Program-made: the position numbers and the translations under genes
Notes under the pieces: generated by a model
Databases searched by the model: none
Told to the model about the DNA's origin: nothing
Seen by the model: only the letters and a program-made list of their open reading frames with translations
In this document: positions 60,724-64,000 of the stretch, piece after piece
How the letters are laid out: the number at the start of each line of letters is the position of its first letter
Position numbering within the stretch: the stretch's first letter is position 1
From: Candidatus Nezhaarchaeales archaeon
GTDB taxonomy: Archaea > Thermoproteota > Methanomethylicia > Nezhaarchaeales > WYZ-LMO8
Assembly (NCBI GenBank): GCA_038887515.1
Contig: JAWAKK010000002.1
Span: 96,001 to 160,000, forward strand
Reading direction: 5' to 3'
Length of the DNA stretch: 64,000 nt

Positions 60724-61425
60724 ATGGGTAGCGAAAGCGAACATTCAGTAGCTAGATTAGTTTTGGGGTCGGAGAGGTTTGAGATCCTCATAAATCCTGA
60801 AAAGGCATGGCAACTAAAACAAGGAGCAAAGGTCGATATAAGAGAGGCTATGATAAGCGACGTTATATATAAGGATGCTAGAAAAGGTCTTAAAGCCTCT
60901 CGAGACGTATTACAGAAAGCCTTCAAGACGTTAGATCCCTACGAAATAGGAAAAACCATAATCCTACGAGGAGAAATCCAGCTGACCGCTAAGCAAAGAA
61001 AAGAACTCATTGAAAGTAAAAGAAGACAGATAATAAATTTCATATCGAGGAATTGCGTGGATTCTAAAACAGGTTTACCAATACCTCCGACAAGAGTAGA
61101 GTTATTATTAAATGACGCCAAGGTTTCCATAGATCCATTTAGAGATGCTGAAGAACAAGCGCTAGAGGTAATTAAGGTTTTAAGAAAAGTTATACCCATA
61201 AAGATATCAAAAGTGGTGTTAGAGTTAAAAGCCCCTCGTCAATATGCTAGCAAAGTTTATGCATTGATACCTCGATATGGAGAGATCTTAAAGAGCAACT
61301 GGTTAGAGGACGGATCGTGGAAAGGTGAGATAGAAATACCAGCGGGGCTACAACTAGAATTACTTGATAAACTAAACAAGATGACTCAAGGCGATGTCGA
61401 AGTAAGGACAGTAAGTAAGAGCTGA
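60724..61425 (+). CDS. sdo1: Ribosome maturation factor SBDS
   Basis: RFEIL, GEIQLT, PPTRVE. Confidence 0.94.
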   Translation: MGSESEHSVARLVLGSERFEILINPEKAWQLKQGAKVDIREAMISDVIYKDARKGLKASRDVLQKAFKTLDPYEIGKTIILRGEIQLTAKQRKELIESKRRQIINFISRNCVDSKTGLPIPPTRVELLLNDAKVSIDPFRDAEEQALEVIKVLRKVIPIKISKVVLELKAPRQYASKVYALIPRYGEILKSNWLEDGSWKGEIEIPAGLQLELLDKLNKMTQGDVEVRTVSKS

Positions 61426-61437
61426 GGGGATAAGTCT

Positions 61438-62127
61438 ATGCCGGTTTACGTTAAAGATTGGGATCTAGTAGTTCCGGGAGAAGTCTTAGCAGAAGGAGAT
61501 TATGCAGCCGGTCCTTACGTGTACAAAGATAATGATAAGTTGTTGGCCATGACTGTTGGGATAGTAGAGAGTAAGAAAGGTGCTATAAGGGTTGTTCCGC
61601 TACAAGGTCCCTACATACCCAAGGTAGGTGACATCGTGATAGGTATAGTGGTAGATTACTCTTCTACTGCGTACATCCTTGACATAAACTCATCTTATAA
61701 GGCTGTATTACAAGCCAATGAAGTCGTACCTCCTCGAAAGAATTTGTTGGCCGAGGATTTAGTAAAGTACCTGGACCTAGGGGATGTTGTCGTTTGTAAA
61801 GTCGCAAGATTTGATAAGTACTCTGACGTCACGCTTACTTGTAAAGGTAAAGAACTAGGTAAAGTAACTGACGGAAGACTTATTAAAATAAGCCCGGCAA
61901 AGATACCTAGGCTCATAGGTAGAAAAGGTTCTATGGTTAACTTAATAAAGAAGGAAACTGGTTGCAAAATAGTTATAGGACAAAACGGCTTAATATGGAT
62001 AAAGGGTAAGGACCGCAAGTCAGAGGAGCTAGCGGAAAAAGTTATACGGAAAATCGATGAAGAAGCTCATATAAGCGGACTTACACAACGAATACAGCTT
62101 ATGTTTCAATTGGAGAAAGGGAGTTGA
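61438..62127 (+). CDS. rrp4: Exosome subunit Rrp4
   Basis: YIPKVGD, RLIGRKGSM, GQNG. Confidence 0.95.
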   Translation: MPVYVKDWDLVVPGEVLAEGDYAAGPYVYKDNDKLLAMTVGIVESKKGAIRVVPLQGPYIPKVGDIVIGIVVDYSSTAYILDINSSYKAVLQANEVVPPRKNLLAEDLVKYLDLGDVVVCKVARFDKYSDVTLTCKGKELGKVTDGRLIKISPAKIPRLIGRKGSMVNLIKKETGCKIVIGQNGLIWIKGKDRKSEELAEKVIRKIDEEAHISGLTQRIQLMFQLEKGS

Positions 62128-62130
62128 TAG

Positions 62131-62886
62131 TTGTTGAGCGCGAAGGGTAAAGAGACCGTACTAATAGATCCAGATGGAAGGAGACTCGATGGAAGGAGAC
62201 CCGACGAGATAAGGAATATTAAAATTAAGGTTGGAATACTCGAAAATGCTGACGGTTCTGCTTACGTTGAACAGGGCAACACTAAGATATATGCAGCGGT
62301 CTACGGTCCCCGAGAGGTACATCCTAGGCACCTTGCATTGCCTAATAGAGCGATCTTGAGATGTAGGTATCACATGACGCCCTTCTCAGTCGAAGAGAGA
62401 AAATCGCCGGCACCAACAAGAAGAGAGATAGAGCTCTCAAAAGTAATAAGAGAAGCTTTGGCCCCTGCAATAATGGTAGAACAATTTCCACTTTCAGCTA
62501 TAGACATCTTTGTTGAAGTAATAAATGCTGATGGAAGTACGCGTTGCGCAAGCATAATAGCTGCATCAGTTGCATTGGCTTCGGCAGGCATACCTATGAG
62601 GGATCTTGTAGCTGCTTGCTCTGTAGGAAAGGTAAATGGCGTACTTGTTTTAGATGTAACAGATGTTGAAGACAAGTACGGAGAAGTAGACATGCCTTTT
62701 GCAATGATGCCTAATCTAAACGAAGTTACACTATTTCAATTAGATGGAGTGTTAAGTCTCGAGGAAGTGGAGAAAGCGCTTTCCATGGCAAGTAAAGCCT
62801 GTAAGGAAATTTATGAAAAGCAGAAAGAAGCGTTAAAGGAAAAATTCCTTAAATTGCGCAAGGTTGTTGAAGGTGACAAAACATGA
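62131..62886 (+). CDS. rrp41: Exosome subunit Rrp41
   Basis: RLDGR, DGSA, YGPRE, DGSTR. Confidence 0.95.
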   Translation: MLSAKGKETVLIDPDGRRLDGRRPDEIRNIKIKVGILENADGSAYVEQGNTKIYAAVYGPREVHPRHLALPNRAILRCRYHMTPFSVEERKSPAPTRREIELSKVIREALAPAIMVEQFPLSAIDIFVEVINADGSTRCASIIAASVALASAGIPMRDLVAACSVGKVNGVLVLDVTDVEDKYGEVDMPFAMMPNLNEVTLFQLDGVLSLEEVEKALSMASKACKEIYEKQKEALKEKFLKLRKVVEGDKT

Positions 62887-63683
62887 TACCCAAGATACGA
62901 AGGCAACAGATAATTGATCTGCTCTCGTCCGATGTTAGAGTTGATGGTAGGAAGTTGGAAGAGTTGAGGCCAATAGAAATCAAATGTCGATGCGTGGCAA
63001 ACGCCGACGGCTCAGCGGAGGTGAAGATGGGCAAGACCTTAACAATAGCCGGAGTGAAGACTAGTATAGGGACACCATTTCCAGATACCCCTGATATGGG
63101 GGTAATGATAGTTAACGCGGAGTTCCTCCCAATAGCGTCGCCAACTTTTGAGCCAGGTCCTCCAGACGAAAATGCCATAGAGTTAGCGAGGGTTATAGAT
63201 AGAGGGCTGAGAAGAGGCGAATTGATAGATCTAAAGCAACTCTGCATAGTTCCCGGTAAAGCCGCGTGGGAAGTATGGATAGATATCCATGCCTTGAATC
63301 ATGATGGCAATCTCATGGATGCCTCTGCAATAGCAGCGGTTGCAGCGATTTTAACAGCTGAAATCCCCAAGGCAACGGCAAACGAGAAGGGCGAGATAAC
63401 AATAAACAGAAGCGAACGACAAAAGGTGCCAATAAAGGGTATACCCATTACTGTTACCGTGGCTAAAATATGTGACAAGTTGCTTGTCGACCCCTGCTTA
63501 GAGGAGGAAGAAGTGGCCGACGCATTTCTAACTGCAACCTTCGTGGGCGATAGAGTATGCGCAGTCCAGAAGAGGGGTGAGGGAGGTTTAACTATCGACG
63601 AAACATTAAAATGTCTCCAAATAGCACAGCGTAAGTCGCAAGAAATCCTCAAGCTCGTCAAGGAGGCGGTGGGCTATGGGTAG
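62883..63683 (+). CDS. rrp42: Exosome subunit Rrp42
   Basis: PFPDTP, FEPGPP, DGNLMDA. Confidence 0.95.
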   Translation: MIPKIRRQQIIDLLSSDVRVDGRKLEELRPIEIKCRCVANADGSAEVKMGKTLTIAGVKTSIGTPFPDTPDMGVMIVNAEFLPIASPTFEPGPPDENAIELARVIDRGLRRGELIDLKQLCIVPGKAAWEVWIDIHALNHDGNLMDASAIAAVAAILTAEIPKATANEKGEITINRSERQKVPIKGIPITVTVAKICDKLLVDPCLEEEEVADAFLTATFVGDRVCAVQKRGEGGLTIDETLKCLQIAQRKSQEILKLVKEAVGYG

Positions 63684-63903
63684 AACCAAAAAAGTTGGAA
63701 GAGCTGGTAGGTTTGGGGCAAGATATGGTGCAACAATAAGGAAGAGGGTGGCTGAAATAGAGGCAACAATGAAGGCTCTCCATAAATGTCCTTTCTGCTA
63801 CTCAATAGGCAAGGTGAAGCGAAAAGCTGTAGGTATATGGTACTGCAAAAAATGTAAAGCTGTCTTTGCTGGAGGAGCCTATACGCCTGCCACTGGACTA
63901 TGA
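63676..63903 (+). CDS. rpl37ae: Ribosomal protein eL43 (L37Ae)
   Basis: [22 protein letters not shown]. Confidence 0.96.
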   Translation: MGRTKKVGRAGRFGARYGATIRKRVAEIEATMKALHKCPFCYSIGKVKRKAVGIWYCKKCKAVFAGGAYTPATGL

Positions 63904-64000
63904 TTGACTCTCAAATTAACGTAAAGTACCTGATATCAACTTCTCTCAGACCCTCAAGAAGAATGCGTACTTTTGGTCGAGACCTGGCCCACGCATTGAT
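63900..64000 (+). CDS. Brix/Imp4 domain protein (runs off window)
   Basis: [29 protein letters not shown]; usual position after rpl37ae. Confidence 0.75.
   Translation, partial: MIDSQINVKYLISTSLRPSRRMRTFGRDLAHAL

Noticed and set aside
172-63661. Many 60-160 aa antisense or nested ORFs in the track (for example 664..936, 7842..8276, 59400..59873)
   Set aside because: They are shadows of well-conserved genes and carry no recognisable motifs

Overview
Gene-dense archaeal chromosome segment made mostly of information-processing housekeeping genes. The combination of Rpo8, SmAP3, a crenarchaeal-type eL40, a histone and Alba points to a TACK/Thermoproteota lineage (inference). It carries RNase P subunits, the ffh-pus10-rpl21e-rpoF-ksgA cluster, the PCNA-primase-GINS-aIF2alpha-nop10 cluster, aglB, ileS, part of the S10 ribosomal operon, ABCE1, a thermosome subunit, tgtA, aspS and the proteasome/exosome operon. 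Features missing from the ORF track are a histone (CTG start), nop10, rpl40e, partial leuD and Brix genes, tRNA-Ser(TGA), tRNA-Val(CAC), three C/D-box guide sRNAs with UGAAGA-type C boxes, and a 24-aa ORF made only of Met, Glu and Trp with its own TATA box and Shine-Dalgarno (SD) site upstream of ABCE1. Other points of interest are single-gene inversions of rpl21e and rps19, an exosome superoperon split in a way one ~58 kb inversion would explain, a decaying Tad-like pilus locus, a frameshifted TFB paralog, and a ubiquitin-like protein with a tail after its GG motif. No CRISPR array, rRNA gene or transposase was seen. All calls come from motif recognition and gene context, without database searches.
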